Shown one piece after another: positions 1 to 10,274 of a stretch of DNA of 64,000 nucleotides. How positions within the stretch are numbered: the stretch's first letter is position 1; each line of letters opens with the position of its first letter. The notes below the pieces were generated by a model that did not search any database, was not told the DNA's origin, and saw only the letters and a list, made by a program, of their open reading frames with translations. The position numbers were made by a program, and so were the translations under genes. This DNA comes from Phycisphaerae bacterium. GTDB lineage: Bacteria; Planctomycetota; Phycisphaerae; UBA1845. The DNA lies in assembly GCA_963666835.2 (NCBI GenBank), contig CAXXGO010000001.1:960001-1024000 (forward strand), read 5' to 3'.

Positions 1-10
1 AACCGCGGGA

Positions 11-38
11 ATTAAATTACGTTGCCGCAAAATGTCAA
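11..38 (-). promoter_or_regulatory. Sigma70-type promoter firing leftward out of the window
   Basis: Minus strand reads TTGACA (38-33), 16 nt, TTTAAT (16-11), then GC-rich TCCCGCGG. Confidence 0.55.
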
Positions 39-282
39 CCACGAATCCGTCATTTCCGGAGAATTTTTCGCAGGGTGTCGCCGGGCGGTCCATCGAGCTG
101 CCACAGTCGACCGGGTTGCGCCCTTCAGGGCGGACGCGAGGACGGTTTTGCGGTAGCCGGCGAGCGGCGTTGCTACTTCGGCAGCCGCGCATCGCCTGAT
201 AAACTGGCGCTCAGATTGGCGTTGGCGTGCAAGCGATCAGCGGGTGGGCTGGTGGGCCGGACGTTGACCACTCGACCTCGAT

Positions 283-1725
283 GTGCGAGGTCAGCAGTGG
301 AGTAATGGTGGGAGGCACGGGATCTCAGAGATTTCAACCAACACTGTGCAGGCTTGCGGCTTGAGGCAAGACCTGTGCGCCAGCACGGCGGACGGAGCGG
401 CCTTCAGCGTCATGGTCGGCGTCGGTGAGACCTACTTGCCCGCGTTCGTCCTGGCAGTCGGTCTCGGTGAGGTCCTGGCTGGCTTGGCTGCGACCGTCCC
501 GATGCTCGCCGGCGCTGCGGTGCAGTTGCTCTCGCCTCGTCTAATCCGGTACGCCGGCTCGCACCGGCGCTGGGTAATCCTCTGCGCGATGATGCAGGCA
601 GCGAGCTTTCTGCCGCTTATACTCGCGGCGGTCACAGGGGGTATCTCATGGTTGGCGGTCCTTCTCATCACCACCATGTATTGGGCGGCTGGGATGGCTA
701 CCAGCCCGGCTTGGAACGCCTGGATGGCCCGCGCTGTTCCCCGCTCGTTGCGAGCTCGGTTCTTCGCCAGGCGTACGAGGATTGCTCAAACCGCCGTCCT
801 GATCGGCCTTGTGCTCGGAGGTATCATCTTGCATTTAGCCGCTGCGCGGGGCATCCTGGTCTGGGGCTTTGCGATTCTATTTGCTACGGCCTGCTGCTCT
901 CGACTCGTGTCCGCCTTCTTCCTGGCGCGCCAACGAGAGCCACACTCGTCAGCTCCGCTCGATCAGAGGGTGTCGCTCGCGGCCTTCACGGGCAGGCTGG
1001 GGCACCCCGAGGGCCGTCTGCTCGCCTACATGTTCGCTGCGCAGACCACCACATATCTCGCTGCCCCCTACTTCAGCCCATTCATGCTCGGTGAGCTCAG
1101 GCTGCAGTATCCAACGTACATGATGCTGTTGGGCGCGGCCTTCCTCGCGAAGGCGATGGCGCTTCCCCGGATGGGCCGATGGGCGCACCGCGTCGGCCCG
1201 AAGTCGCTTCTGTGGATTGGGGGAGTCGGGATCGTTCCCCTTCCCGCACTTTGGCTCCTCTCGTCGGCGACTGCCTACCTGCTCGTTCTGCAGATAATCG
1301 GGGGCGTAGCGTGGGCGTGCTACGAGTTGGCGACGTTTCTTCTGCTATTCGAGACGATTCGAGATGAAGAGCGGATAAGCATCCTGACCTCCTTCAATCT
1401 ACTCAACGCGGTGGCGATCGCAGCGGGCTCGGTCACGGGTGGTCTCCTTCTGCGACTGGCAGGTGTGGGGCCGGGTGCGTATCTGCTCCTGTTCCTGGTT
1501 TCTTCCGCGGGGCGCCTGTTAACGCTCCCGCTATTGCGCAGCGTAGCTGAAGCGCCACCAATCCCGTTCCGCATTGGATTCCGGCCGCTCGCGGTCCGCC
1601 CCTCTGCGGGGTCCTTAGACCGTCCGATTCTTGCCACCTTGGAGGGACCCTCCAATGGGAACGACGCGGAGGCCATCGAGGATCGTGAGGAGAACGGCAC
1701 GCAGTTAAAGAAGTTGAGTCTGTGA
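283..1725 (+). CDS. MFS transporter (true start probably somewhat downstream)
   Basis: About 12 hydrophobic segments; WNAWMARAVPRSLRARFF and GRWAHRVG loops typical of MFS_1. Confidence 0.85.
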   Translation: MRGQQWSNGGRHGISEISTNTVQACGLRQDLCASTADGAAFSVMVGVGETYLPAFVLAVGLGEVLAGLAATVPMLAGAAVQLLSPRLIRYAGSHRRWVILCAMMQAASFLPLILAAVTGGISWLAVLLITTMYWAAGMATSPAWNAWMARAVPRSLRARFFARRTRIAQTAVLIGLVLGGIILHLAAARGILVWGFAILFATACCSRLVSAFFLARQREPHSSAPLDQRVSLAAFTGRLGHPEGRLLAYMFAAQTTTYLAAPYFSPFMLGELRLQYPTYMMLLGAAFLAKAMALPRMGRWAHRVGPKSLLWIGGVGIVPLPALWLLSSATAYLLVLQIIGGVAWACYELATFLLLFETIRDEERISILTSFNLLNAVAIAAGSVTGGLLLRLAGVGPGAYLLLFLVSSAGRLLTLPLLRSVAEAPPIPFRIGFRPLAVRPSAGSLDRPILATLEGPSNGNDAEAIEDREENGTQLKKLSL

Positions 1726-1813
1726 CCGCACCGCCATTACGAAGCTGCCTTGAGCTGGTATTCGCCCGCCGCCGCTCCACACAGTTCTTTGTGCGGGTTG
1801 CGCGATAGGTTCA

Positions 1814-3136
1814 TCAAACGGGTGACGTCGGCTGGCGAGAGCACGACCCTGCGGAGGGCTCATCGGGCTTGGCTGCTCGGGCCAGCGCTGTCGCCACAAC
1901 CCAGGCGCTCGCCCAAGCCCACTGGAAGTTGAATCCACCTATTCGTCCGTCCACATCCAGGAGCTCTCCGGCGAAGTAAAGGCCGGGGCGTTTCCGCGAG
2001 CCGAACGTGCGAGTTTGGACTTCGGCCAGAGGAACGCCACCCGCCGTTGTCTCGGCACGAGCGTAACCGAGGCTGTCCCGCACGGGCAGGGGCCAGCGGG
2101 CCAGCGCGCCTGCTACCTTGCGTCGCAGCTCCTTCGGAAGGTGGGCCATGACGGTCGTACGAGGGGTCCCCAACGCACTCAGGACGGCATCAGCCAGACG
2201 CGCAGGGACCAGGCGCGCGAGGGCGTTGTTGAGCTGGACTCGGGGATGGGTTGAGGCAAGGGCCAGTAGTCGATTCTCAACGCCGGTGGCGGCTTCGCCC
2301 GGCACGAAACTCGCGAATACCGAAACGTCGCACTGCTCGAGCTGTGCTCTATGCCAGTGTCGCGACACATCCAGGACAACCGGTCCGCTCACGCCGAAGT
2401 GCGTCCACAAGAGCTCCCCGCAAGCACGAACGGGTTTCCGGCCGGCTGTTTGCACGGTAAGCTCGACGTTGTGCGAGATCCCCGATAGCGGGATATGAAA
2501 CGCGCCCTCGAGAACCAACGGCACGAGGGCAGGTGTCGGCGGGACCAGAGTGTGACCGAGTCTCTCTGCCAATCGGTAGCCCGAGCCGTCGCTGCCGGTC
2601 TTTGGGAACGATCGGCCTCCTGTCGCCAGCACAACCCTGTCTGCGGACAGACTGTTGGCGCCTGCCGTGACTTGGAACCTTCGCTCTGCACCACCTTCCA
2701 GAATGTCTGTAACCCGCTGTCCGAGTAGAATGTGCACCCGTCGGCGGGTGGCTTCCGCCACCATCGCATCAAGCACGGTCTGCGCCCGATTGGTCGTGGG
2801 AAAGAGCTTACCGTTGTCTTCGTCACTCAGTTCGACGCCGATCTCTCGGAAGAAGGCCACCGTGCGGCTGACCGGAAAGGCGGCCAGAACCTGCTTGATA
2901 ACGTTCGGGTTTCCACCGGAGTAATCGGCCGCCGTCACAGTACGGTTTGTGACGTTACACCGCCCGCCGCCCGACAGGAGCATCTTCGCTCCGAGCTTGG
3001 CGGCGCCGTCCAGCACGACCACGGATCGCCCCGGCATGAGCCTTGCGGCGAAGATGGCCGTTGCCAGACCGGCTGCCCCACCTCCAACGATCGCAATATC
3101 AGCGGTGTTCGTGTTCTTGCCCCCTGTACGCAACAT
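1814..3136 (-). CDS. HI0933/YhiN-family NAD(P)/FAD-dependent flavoprotein
   Basis: GGGAAG, KMLLSGGGRCNVTN, LATGGRS, TGSDGSG, THFGVSGP, GELLDVDGRIGGFNFQWA. Confidence 0.92.
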   Translation of the reverse strand: MLRTGGKNTNTADIAIVGGGAAGLATAIFAARLMPGRSVVVLDGAAKLGAKMLLSGGGRCNVTNRTVTAADYSGGNPNVIKQVLAAFPVSRTVAFFREIGVELSDEDNGKLFPTTNRAQTVLDAMVAEATRRRVHILLGQRVTDILEGGAERRFQVTAGANSLSADRVVLATGGRSFPKTGSDGSGYRLAERLGHTLVPPTPALVPLVLEGAFHIPLSGISHNVELTVQTAGRKPVRACGELLWTHFGVSGPVVLDVSRHWHRAQLEQCDVSVFASFVPGEAATGVENRLLALASTHPRVQLNNALARLVPARLADAVLSALGTPRTTVMAHLPKELRRKVAGALARWPLPVRDSLGYARAETTAGGVPLAEVQTRTFGSRKRPGLYFAGELLDVDGRIGGFNFQWAWASAWVVATALARAAKPDEPSAGSCSRQPTSPV

Positions 3137-3261
3137 GGCCGCACGCGCCTTCAGCTTCAGATCCGCCCGGAAAGCCCGCGCGAGACCTGGAGCACAAGTC
3201 TCCCGTTATCCCGGCACGCCCCAACGGTACGGCGCCCGGTCTCGGCTATAATACTCCGACG

Positions 3262-3500
3262 ATGGTCACCGACGCCCAAAACAGCGAGAACCTCGACGAC
3301 CGGCCGGCTGGGCCAAGGCGGCAGAGCCGTTATGCCGGAACACATCCCCGGCGGTTCGGCCAACGTTAGAAAGAACTCAACCCAGGATTATACTCGGAGA
3401 TGCGGAAGCATGTACGAGCCCAGGGTCGCACACCTGAGGGAACTCATGGTCCCGTCTTGGTGGAGCAGGTCTTGGCCGCGTTGCGCTCGGATGAGGGCGG
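3262..3500 (+). pseudogene. rsmH: 5' fragment of an RsmH/MraW-family methyltransferase (N-terminally extended type)
   Basis: Reads RYAGTHPRRFGQR*KELNPGLY...GRTPEGTHGPVLVEQVLAAL with in-frame TAG at 3367-3369; TATAAT at 3247-3252; similarity lost after about 3500. Confidence 0.65.
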
Positions 3501-3886
3501 CCCCCCCCTCCCCCAAAACCGATCCGTCCCTTCTGGCGAGAGGGTTGCTTGATGATGCATGAGTCCGGCCTCCATTAAGCTGAGCGGGTATCGAGACAGA
3601 TCAGGCAACCCTTGAAAGGAAATCCCAACTATCGGGGCGGACGCATGCTCTGATGATTACTCGGTTCTCGACACCGCAAGCAAGCCTTGGATGACGTTTT
3701 CGGGAGGGACAAGGTGTGGAGCGACATAGAACCAGCGGAACATGGTCTCTGAGTCCTGAAGAAGAACCGGTGCAGACACGGCCCGGAGGTCGCAAACCAA
3801 CCGCATCGGGAACCTGTCACGCCGCTTTCGACGTCAATCGTCACTCTGTTTCGCTCCGCAGGCCCGCCATGTCATTTCGCAGGAGC

Positions 3887-6800
3887 TCAGCGTTCGCAGC
3901 GCAGCGTTACTATGCCCAATGCGGGGATCTTGATCGGTATCGTTGTGGGGCTCAGGCGGTTGCCGCGCGGACTGCTGAGCCAGATACGATGGCCCTGGGG
4001 TGTTGCCCATTCCAGCGCGGCGAGCTGAGTTTGCTCAGAGGTGTTGAACAGCCGGACCATGAGAGCACTGCCATCCGCAGACGGCTTCAGACGCGAGATA
4101 ATCACCTCGGTCGGCGTGACTCTCACGAGTGGTTCGCAGGGCGGTGCGTGGTTGTCACCGAGTGGCACCGCGATTAGTGGCTGACCGCGCTCAATGCCGA
4201 ATCGTTTCGCCGACGCCGCATCGAATCTACCGTGCGGCCGGAGAGCGTAGCAGATCGTTGCAGGCCCGGGTTGAGCAGCGAGGTAGTTCGTTTCCCAGTA
4301 GTTATTCATTACATAGGAGTAGAGCAGGCCGGCGTCTTCCGCTCGCTCGCGCCAGCCGACCACGGTGGCGTCCGTGGTCAACCCGCCGATCTCGATCAGC
4401 GGGGCGTCCATCGTCGCCAACGTTATTCCGTGGGTGTCGTTCGAGACATCCGCCCAGCGTTGGGCGGTGAAGTAGTTGCGGCACGCACCGGGGAGCTGGT
4501 CAACCTCAGGGCGGACGATGCCCCACGCGAGATCGATTCTGACACTCGGTTGCGGTATGGCAAACGGAAACGCGAAGTACACTGCCTCGGGACTGTATAC
4601 TTGCTGCTTGTCGAGGTGTGCGATCAGATCTACATGTTCGGATGTCGCCGTCAAACGCACCTCGTGCGTCAGGCTATCGCATCCCGGTGCCTTCATCCGG
4701 GTGCGCATAGACGCCACGAGTGGCCCGCGTTCAATCACCTCGACGCTCAGAGCTTCAGCATGCTGTGGCTCATCGGGGTCCCTTCCCGCTACATAAAGAT
4801 AGCCGCCCAATCCGGTCGCAGATCTTGGATCAACAAGTTCCGTACCAGTTCCGCGATCTCTAAGACTTCGTATGGTGCCGGTCTGCGGATCAACCTCCAC
4901 CTCCAGGAAGTCATTGGCCAGCCGCGTGCCCGACGCGCTTACGCTTACGTCACAGTGAGCCGGTCCGACCGAAAGGTCGAAGACTGATGCGGCGAGCGGC
5001 GGTACGTCTTGGACCAGCACCGCGAGTTCTCCGCCTCGCAGCCCCTGCGAGGGTACGGGTGCGCCGTTGCGATCGGTTACGCGGTCTCCAGGCCGTTTCC
5101 ATGTGGTCGGCAGGATTACCACTTCGCTGCGCGGCCATGACGACGTGTTGAAGACGGCAAACCGGTCTGCGCTCTTGTCCATGGGCGCCAAGTCTGCGAC
5201 GGCTCTCTCAAGCAGATCCTGCGACTGTCGCCGGGCATCCGACGCGAACCGGCGTTTGGTTTCCCATTGTTGCCGGGTGAACTCGCTTTCCGGCTCGCTG
5301 ATACTGTTCCAGGAGCCCCAGGTGTGCTCGTTGAAAAGGACCACGTTACGCCACGCGGCATCGAAGGCGTCGGTGGGGAACTCTGTTGGACGCCGCAGCA
5401 TCCAGAGGGTCTCCGCTTGGACCAGCCGTTCGGCCGCCGCACGGTTCAAGGCCGTCTCCCGCGCGGATGAGGCAGCACCGTCTTCCCAGTACGGCGTGAA
5501 GTCTCCTCGGACCGTCGGAATGGAATCGCCATACGCCGACTCCAGGTCCCGGAGCAGTACGTGCGAGGTTGTCAGAACCAGACGCGGAGATGTGTACTTC
5601 TCATTCCACGAGCGCACGAAGTCCGATAGGCCGGGGTCCGGAGGGCCGTTGTCCGCGTTGATGCTGTACCTGAGTTGAACGAAGTCGTATGGATAGTCGT
5701 CCGATTCAAGCTGACTGAGGTAGGTCAGCAAGCGGCGTCCGTCAAAGGGTGATGTCACCTTGCGGTCACCGAAGGACTCGGTTGTGCGGGCGGTGCCCTG
5801 AAACCAGGAGTAGCCTTGTCCGGCCATCCAGCAGAGCACTTTGTGTTGGCCGCACGGTGAGCGCCAGCAGAATGGCCGGTCACCCCAGGCAGCCAGCGTT
5901 CGGCCTATTCTGTGGGCGCGATTGGGGCCGAGCGATAGATACCGCACGCCCGATTGCGCAAGAGCCGGAACAAGCCCCCACGTGTAGCCCGGAATTTCGC
6001 TGATCATTGCCGAGTCGATTGTCAGGCCGTACTTGGAGCGCAGGTCTTCTGCCCAGCGTAGCAGTTCGAACAGCTCTTCAGGGCGACACAGGCCGGTCAA
6101 CACGTTGGCGTAGAGGGCGTCGAGACCGATCGAACCGGCTCGAACGGCCGCCAGAAACGCCTCGCGTTCCTGTTCACTGGCGACTTCCAGGAAGGCCTCG
6201 ACGGCCCACAGGCCCTCGGGGTTCCACCGAAAACGCGCTTCCGGCGAGTAATCCGCGGTCCTGTCGATGAGCTCGATTGCCCGCCGGATGTGTTGGATTT
6301 GGCGTTGGAGGACTTCCGACTGTACGTGGGTGTATCCGATATCCAGGTGGGTGTGGTGCAGAACATAGACCACCCAGGGCCTTACGGGATCGATGGTGGT
6401 CTGCTGCTCTGCCACTACCTTGTCGTCAATCCGCAGCCGGATCGGAACGCGGGTTCTTTCTTTGACCGCCGGAACACGTACGCACACGGTATGGCTTCCC
6501 GTGTGCAGTCTGATCGGGGACTTAACCGAACCGATCTCCACTAAGGCGTCGGTGGTCTCCCCGGAGTGATGATTCACTAGTTCGACCAACTGGGCTTCGC
6601 CCCCGGATTCCTGTCCATGACGCAGTATCGCAGCCAGTTGCCTGACTTGCAGGATCGCGGTCTCGCAACGAGTCGGGGCCAAAGCCAGTTCTTCAGGCCC
6701 CTCGAGCGTGACAGAGTCGTAGACCAACCAACAGCCGCTCGTCGTGGTGATCGTCAGCGCGTTATCGCCGGCCGCGAGGTGCTCAGCCGGAATCGGGATC

Positions 6801-7291
6801 GTCGCGGTGTGGGGTGCGCCTGCTGCGGCGCGTTCTTCCAGCATGTAATGGGATCCGCCGGGCAATTGGTATTCGGTAGCGAACCCGTTGATCGCGACGC
6901 GCATGCGGGGTGGTTCCGGTCGGTTCGCGTCGAGCACCCGCACGACCAACCGGGTACCATCTCGCGCGGGTTTCGAGCGAAGGCCGAAGGTGATGGTGAA
7001 CGTGTGTGGCCGTCCGCCGGCCCAGGTGTCAAGAGGACCCGGATGCACGTGCGGCCAATCATGTTTTGGGTCCGACCGTCCAACGACGTACATCGGCCCA
7101 ACCGGGAACCGGGTCGGGTATTTCACGAAGTCGGCAGCGTCGAGAGCAAGGTCGGCCATGCTGCCGTCCGGCTTTCCGATCGTCCAAAGCGTTTTCTGCT
7201 GCGTATTCATACTCGGCGATGATACCTGGGCCATGCACGCGGGCGTCAGGACGACTCCCAAGCACAGCAAGGCGGGTGTTCCTTTCGTCAT
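3887..7291 (-). CDS. Secreted GH38-like alpha-mannosidase with N-terminal PL4 domain III/CBM-like module
   Basis: Signal peptide; LWTIGKPDG module; HHTHLDIGYT; DNGPPD; WEDG; EHTWG; YVMNNYWETNY. Confidence 0.85.
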   Translation of the reverse strand: MTKGTPALLCLGVVLTPACMAQVSSPSMNTQQKTLWTIGKPDGSMADLALDAADFVKYPTRFPVGPMYVVGRSDPKHDWPHVHPGPLDTWAGGRPHTFTITFGLRSKPARDGTRLVVRVLDANRPEPPRMRVAINGFATEYQLPGGSHYMLEERAAAGAPHTATIPIPAEHLAAGDNALTITTTSGCWLVYDSVTLEGPEELALAPTRCETAILQVRQLAAILRHGQESGGEAQLVELVNHHSGETTDALVEIGSVKSPIRLHTGSHTVCVRVPAVKERTRVPIRLRIDDKVVAEQQTTIDPVRPWVVYVLHHTHLDIGYTHVQSEVLQRQIQHIRRAIELIDRTADYSPEARFRWNPEGLWAVEAFLEVASEQEREAFLAAVRAGSIGLDALYANVLTGLCRPEELFELLRWAEDLRSKYGLTIDSAMISEIPGYTWGLVPALAQSGVRYLSLGPNRAHRIGRTLAAWGDRPFCWRSPCGQHKVLCWMAGQGYSWFQGTARTTESFGDRKVTSPFDGRRLLTYLSQLESDDYPYDFVQLRYSINADNGPPDPGLSDFVRSWNEKYTSPRLVLTTSHVLLRDLESAYGDSIPTVRGDFTPYWEDGAASSARETALNRAAAERLVQAETLWMLRRPTEFPTDAFDAAWRNVVLFNEHTWGSWNSISEPESEFTRQQWETKRRFASDARRQSQDLLERAVADLAPMDKSADRFAVFNTSSWPRSEVVILPTTWKRPGDRVTDRNGAPVPSQGLRGGELAVLVQDVPPLAASVFDLSVGPAHCDVSVSASGTRLANDFLEVEVDPQTGTIRSLRDRGTGTELVDPRSATGLGGYLYVAGRDPDEPQHAEALSVEVIERGPLVASMRTRMKAPGCDSLTHEVRLTATSEHVDLIAHLDKQQVYSPEAVYFAFPFAIPQPSVRIDLAWGIVRPEVDQLPGACRNYFTAQRWADVSNDTHGITLATMDAPLIEIGGLTTDATVVGWRERAEDAGLLYSYVMNNYWETNYLAAQPGPATICYALRPHGRFDAASAKRFGIERGQPLIAVPLGDNHAPPCEPLVRVTPTEVIISRLKPSADGSALMVRLFNTSEQTQLAALEWATPQGHRIWLSSPRGNRLSPTTIPIKIPALGIVTLRCER

Positions 7292-7539
7292 TACGAATTC
7301 CCCGCAAGTCAGCGATACACGGCGGATGATTCAGTCCGGTTCCATTGCGTCCGTTTGCATCATAATCGGGCCGGGCCGTTCTTGCACGAGCGTCCGGAGG
7401 ATCCCCTGCCTCAACGCTTGACGTTTCCGATTCAGCCCCCACACTGGCAACTAGGTTGTGACCGCGTGGCGAGGTCCGCCGGGAGAACCAGGAGCGCTGC
7501 CATTCGACGTACCGTTTGCCTCACCGTGAGAGATTGTCC

Positions 7540-9252
7540 GTGCGAATACTCAAGAGAAACCTCGTCATCGTCGTACTGGTCACGTTCTGGTCGGCGCCGG
7601 CAGTTTGCCAACAGGCGGCTTCGCCGGCTGATCCCGGCGCGCCGCGGGCCGCATCTCCGAAGGACGGCGCGGGGGAGAGGACAAACGGCGCGACCCGCGT
7701 GATCTACGCGCTCGACAATCCCGACGCCCCTTCCTCGTTTAAGGCGAACGTGACAGGCGAAGCGGAGCAGAGGAAGGCTGTCCCCAAGATCGCGGACGGC
7801 CGGCTCTATCTCCTCGAGTCGTGGTGGAAGTCCACCGCCTCCATCGCGTTTCCCGCGCCAACCGACACTACGACCCGGGTTGTCGAGGTTTCGTGGAAGT
7901 TGGTCATGAACACTGGAACCGAGGGCGCCGGGTTCGCGTGGCTCAACGTGGAGAAGTATGGCCAGGAAGGCGAAGCGCCCAAGATCGAGGAGTGGGAAGC
8001 CCCGAGCATACCGGCATGTTTGGGTGTCGGCTTCGACGCCTCCGATCCCGCCAATCGTGACCCGTTTCGCGGGTCGGGGAATGCCTACGATCGGCCGCAG
8101 CATGAAGTTTCCCTGCATTGGGACGCAGCGGAGATCGTCAAGCGGACAACAACGATGGACTTCCGCGATGAGACGCCGCACGACGTGCGGGTTCGAGTGG
8201 AGTTCGTCCCCGGTGGAGCGGATGCCAGCGTCTGGATCGACGGGACGGTGATCTTCGATCGTTACTTCATCCCATCGGCCACGGCCTACGTGGGTCGACC
8301 GGCTTTCGGTGCCCGCAACGGTGAGACTGCCGGCGACACGTGGATCGAGGGTTTGAACATCGAGTGCGAGCATCCGATCCCCGCTCCCGAACCGCCGGTA
8401 ACGGTCATGGCGATCGATCACAAGCTCAATGACGCCGAGCACCCCAAGAGCGAGGCCGTTGTCGATTTCCCCGACAATACCGATCGCTTCGCCCGGATCA
8501 TCTGCACTCTGCGGCTGGACAGACCTGAAACGCGTTTCGACCCATGGGATCGGCTGGCGGAGATCAGTGTCTATGATGATGACGGCGAACGGTTTGAGAT
8601 TCTGCGCTATATTACGCCGTATCATCGAGGGCACGAGTGGAAGGTGGATGTGACGGATTACCGACCGCTACTGCGCGGCAAGCGGAGGATCGAGCAGGTT
8701 TGCAGTACGCAAGGCGAGGGTTGGGTCGTGACCGTCGGATTCGACTTCTACCCAGGTACAACCGATCGTCTGGCCTACAAGGTGATCAACCTGTGGTCAG
8801 GAAGTCCGGAGATCGGGAATCCGGATGAGCCGGTCGATGCGTTCTACGCGCCGAAGATCGTGCCACTCGATCAACAAACGGCATCTGCAAAGGTGCGCAC
8901 TGTGGTCACCGGGCATGGGATGTCACCGAACACCGACAACGCCGCCGAGTTCATGTCGATCGGCCGCACACTGACGATCAACGGCCAGTCGTTTCGCAAC
9001 GTGCTTTGGAAGACGGACAACTATCTGAATCCGTGTAGACCGCAGGGTGGGACGTGGAAGTACGACCGTGCCGGATGGGCTCCTGGTGATGTGGTCAGAC
9101 CTTGGGAGGTCGACGTAACGTCTCTGATTGGAACCGGCCGCGTCCTGAACATCGGGTACAAGCTCGATCCCTATGTAAACGAAGCTCGTGGTCAGACATG
9201 GGCACCGTTCCACAAGACCGAGTCTCAAGTAATCCTATATCATAAGCCGTGA
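7540..9252 (+). CDS. Secreted peptide-N-glycosidase F-family protein with N-terminal legume-lectin-like domain
   Basis: GTG start after GAGAG; signal peptide; DPWDR, EILRYITPY, VTGHG, AEF, GTWKYDRAGWAPG; lectin-like EGAGF and GVGFD motifs. Confidence 0.85.
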   Translation: MRILKRNLVIVVLVTFWSAPAVCQQAASPADPGAPRAASPKDGAGERTNGATRVIYALDNPDAPSSFKANVTGEAEQRKAVPKIADGRLYLLESWWKSTASIAFPAPTDTTTRVVEVSWKLVMNTGTEGAGFAWLNVEKYGQEGEAPKIEEWEAPSIPACLGVGFDASDPANRDPFRGSGNAYDRPQHEVSLHWDAAEIVKRTTTMDFRDETPHDVRVRVEFVPGGADASVWIDGTVIFDRYFIPSATAYVGRPAFGARNGETAGDTWIEGLNIECEHPIPAPEPPVTVMAIDHKLNDAEHPKSEAVVDFPDNTDRFARIICTLRLDRPETRFDPWDRLAEISVYDDDGERFEILRYITPYHRGHEWKVDVTDYRPLLRGKRRIEQVCSTQGEGWVVTVGFDFYPGTTDRLAYKVINLWSGSPEIGNPDEPVDAFYAPKIVPLDQQTASAKVRTVVTGHGMSPNTDNAAEFMSIGRTLTINGQSFRNVLWKTDNYLNPCRPQGGTWKYDRAGWAPGDVVRPWEVDVTSLIGTGRVLNIGYKLDPYVNEARGQTWAPFHKTESQVILYHKP

Positions 9253-9286
9253 ACGAGCATCCGCCGGCCCGCATGAGAACCAGTTT

Positions 9287-10246
9287 ATGAAACGAAGTCC
9301 CGCCAACCCGATCATCACGCGAGCGGATATTCCGGATGTTCCACCACGAATAATCGACGTAACCTCGGTTTTCAATCCGGGGGCCGTTCGCATGGGGGAT
9401 CGTGACATGCTCCTGCTGCGCGTGCAGACCCGCGGCCGTGAGACTGTTTTGATGGTTGCCGAGAGTACCGACGGTGAGCGTTTCTCCGTCCGGCCGCAGG
9501 AGGTTCGTTTCCCTGGAGTCGAGGCGCTGGGCCAGACCGTGTATCACGTTTACGATCCCCGGCTGACCCGGATCGACGACACCGTGTATATCGTATTCGC
9601 GGCGGATACCGACCAGGGTTGCCGCCTTGGCGTAGCGCGCACTGAGGACTTTCATCGCTTCGAATTGGTTGGCTTCGGCGGCGAGAGCGACACGCGCAAC
9701 GGAGTGTTGTTTCCGGAACGGTTCAACGATCACTTCCTGCGACTGGAGCGCCCGAACATTACGCGACTCGCCGGAGGCGTAACGACCGGCACGGAGATTA
9801 CCCTGTCAGAGTCAAATGACCTAGTGAATTGGCGTCCGCGCGGCCCGATCATGGCGGGTCGGCCACACTATTGGGATGAGTTGATCGGCTCCGGGCCGCC
9901 GCCGGTGAAGACGCGCTCCGGATGGCTGCATATCTACCACGGAATCGCCACTCACTTCGCCAGTGTCAACGTCTATCAGGCCGGGGTGGTGCTGCTCGAT
10001 CTCGCGGATCCACGGCGGGTGCTGGCACGCGGTCGCGACAACATCCTCGAGCCGCGTGAACCATACGAGTTGACGGGGCAAGTGCCCAACGTGGTCTTCC
10101 CCAGCGGCATGATCGTTGACGAGTATGATGATGAAGGATTTGCTTTGGCTGACAGCCCGGTACGCGTCTACTATGGAGCGGCCGATACGGTCGTTGCGTT
10201 GGCGACTACTACAATCCAAGACCTCCTCGATGAGTGCGAACGCTGA
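9287..10246 (+). CDS. GH130 beta-mannoside phosphorylase/hydrolase (cytoplasmic)
   Basis: ANPII, VFNPGA, YDPRLT, RNGVLFPE, GWLHIYHG, GQVPNVVFPSG, YYGAADT; no signal peptide. Confidence 0.9.
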   Translation: MKRSPANPIITRADIPDVPPRIIDVTSVFNPGAVRMGDRDMLLLRVQTRGRETVLMVAESTDGERFSVRPQEVRFPGVEALGQTVYHVYDPRLTRIDDTVYIVFAADTDQGCRLGVARTEDFHRFELVGFGGESDTRNGVLFPERFNDHFLRLERPNITRLAGGVTTGTEITLSESNDLVNWRPRGPIMAGRPHYWDELIGSGPPPVKTRSGWLHIYHGIATHFASVNVYQAGVVLLDLADPRRVLARGRDNILEPREPYELTGQVPNVVFPSGMIVDEYDDEGFALADSPVRVYYGAADTVVALATTTIQDLLDECER

Positions 10247-10274
10247 CAGGTTGGGTCTTTTTCAGGAGAATACC

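Noticed and set aside
7432..8634. 400-aa minus-strand ORF
   Set aside because: Antisense shadow of the PNGase gene in GC-rich DNA; no motifs
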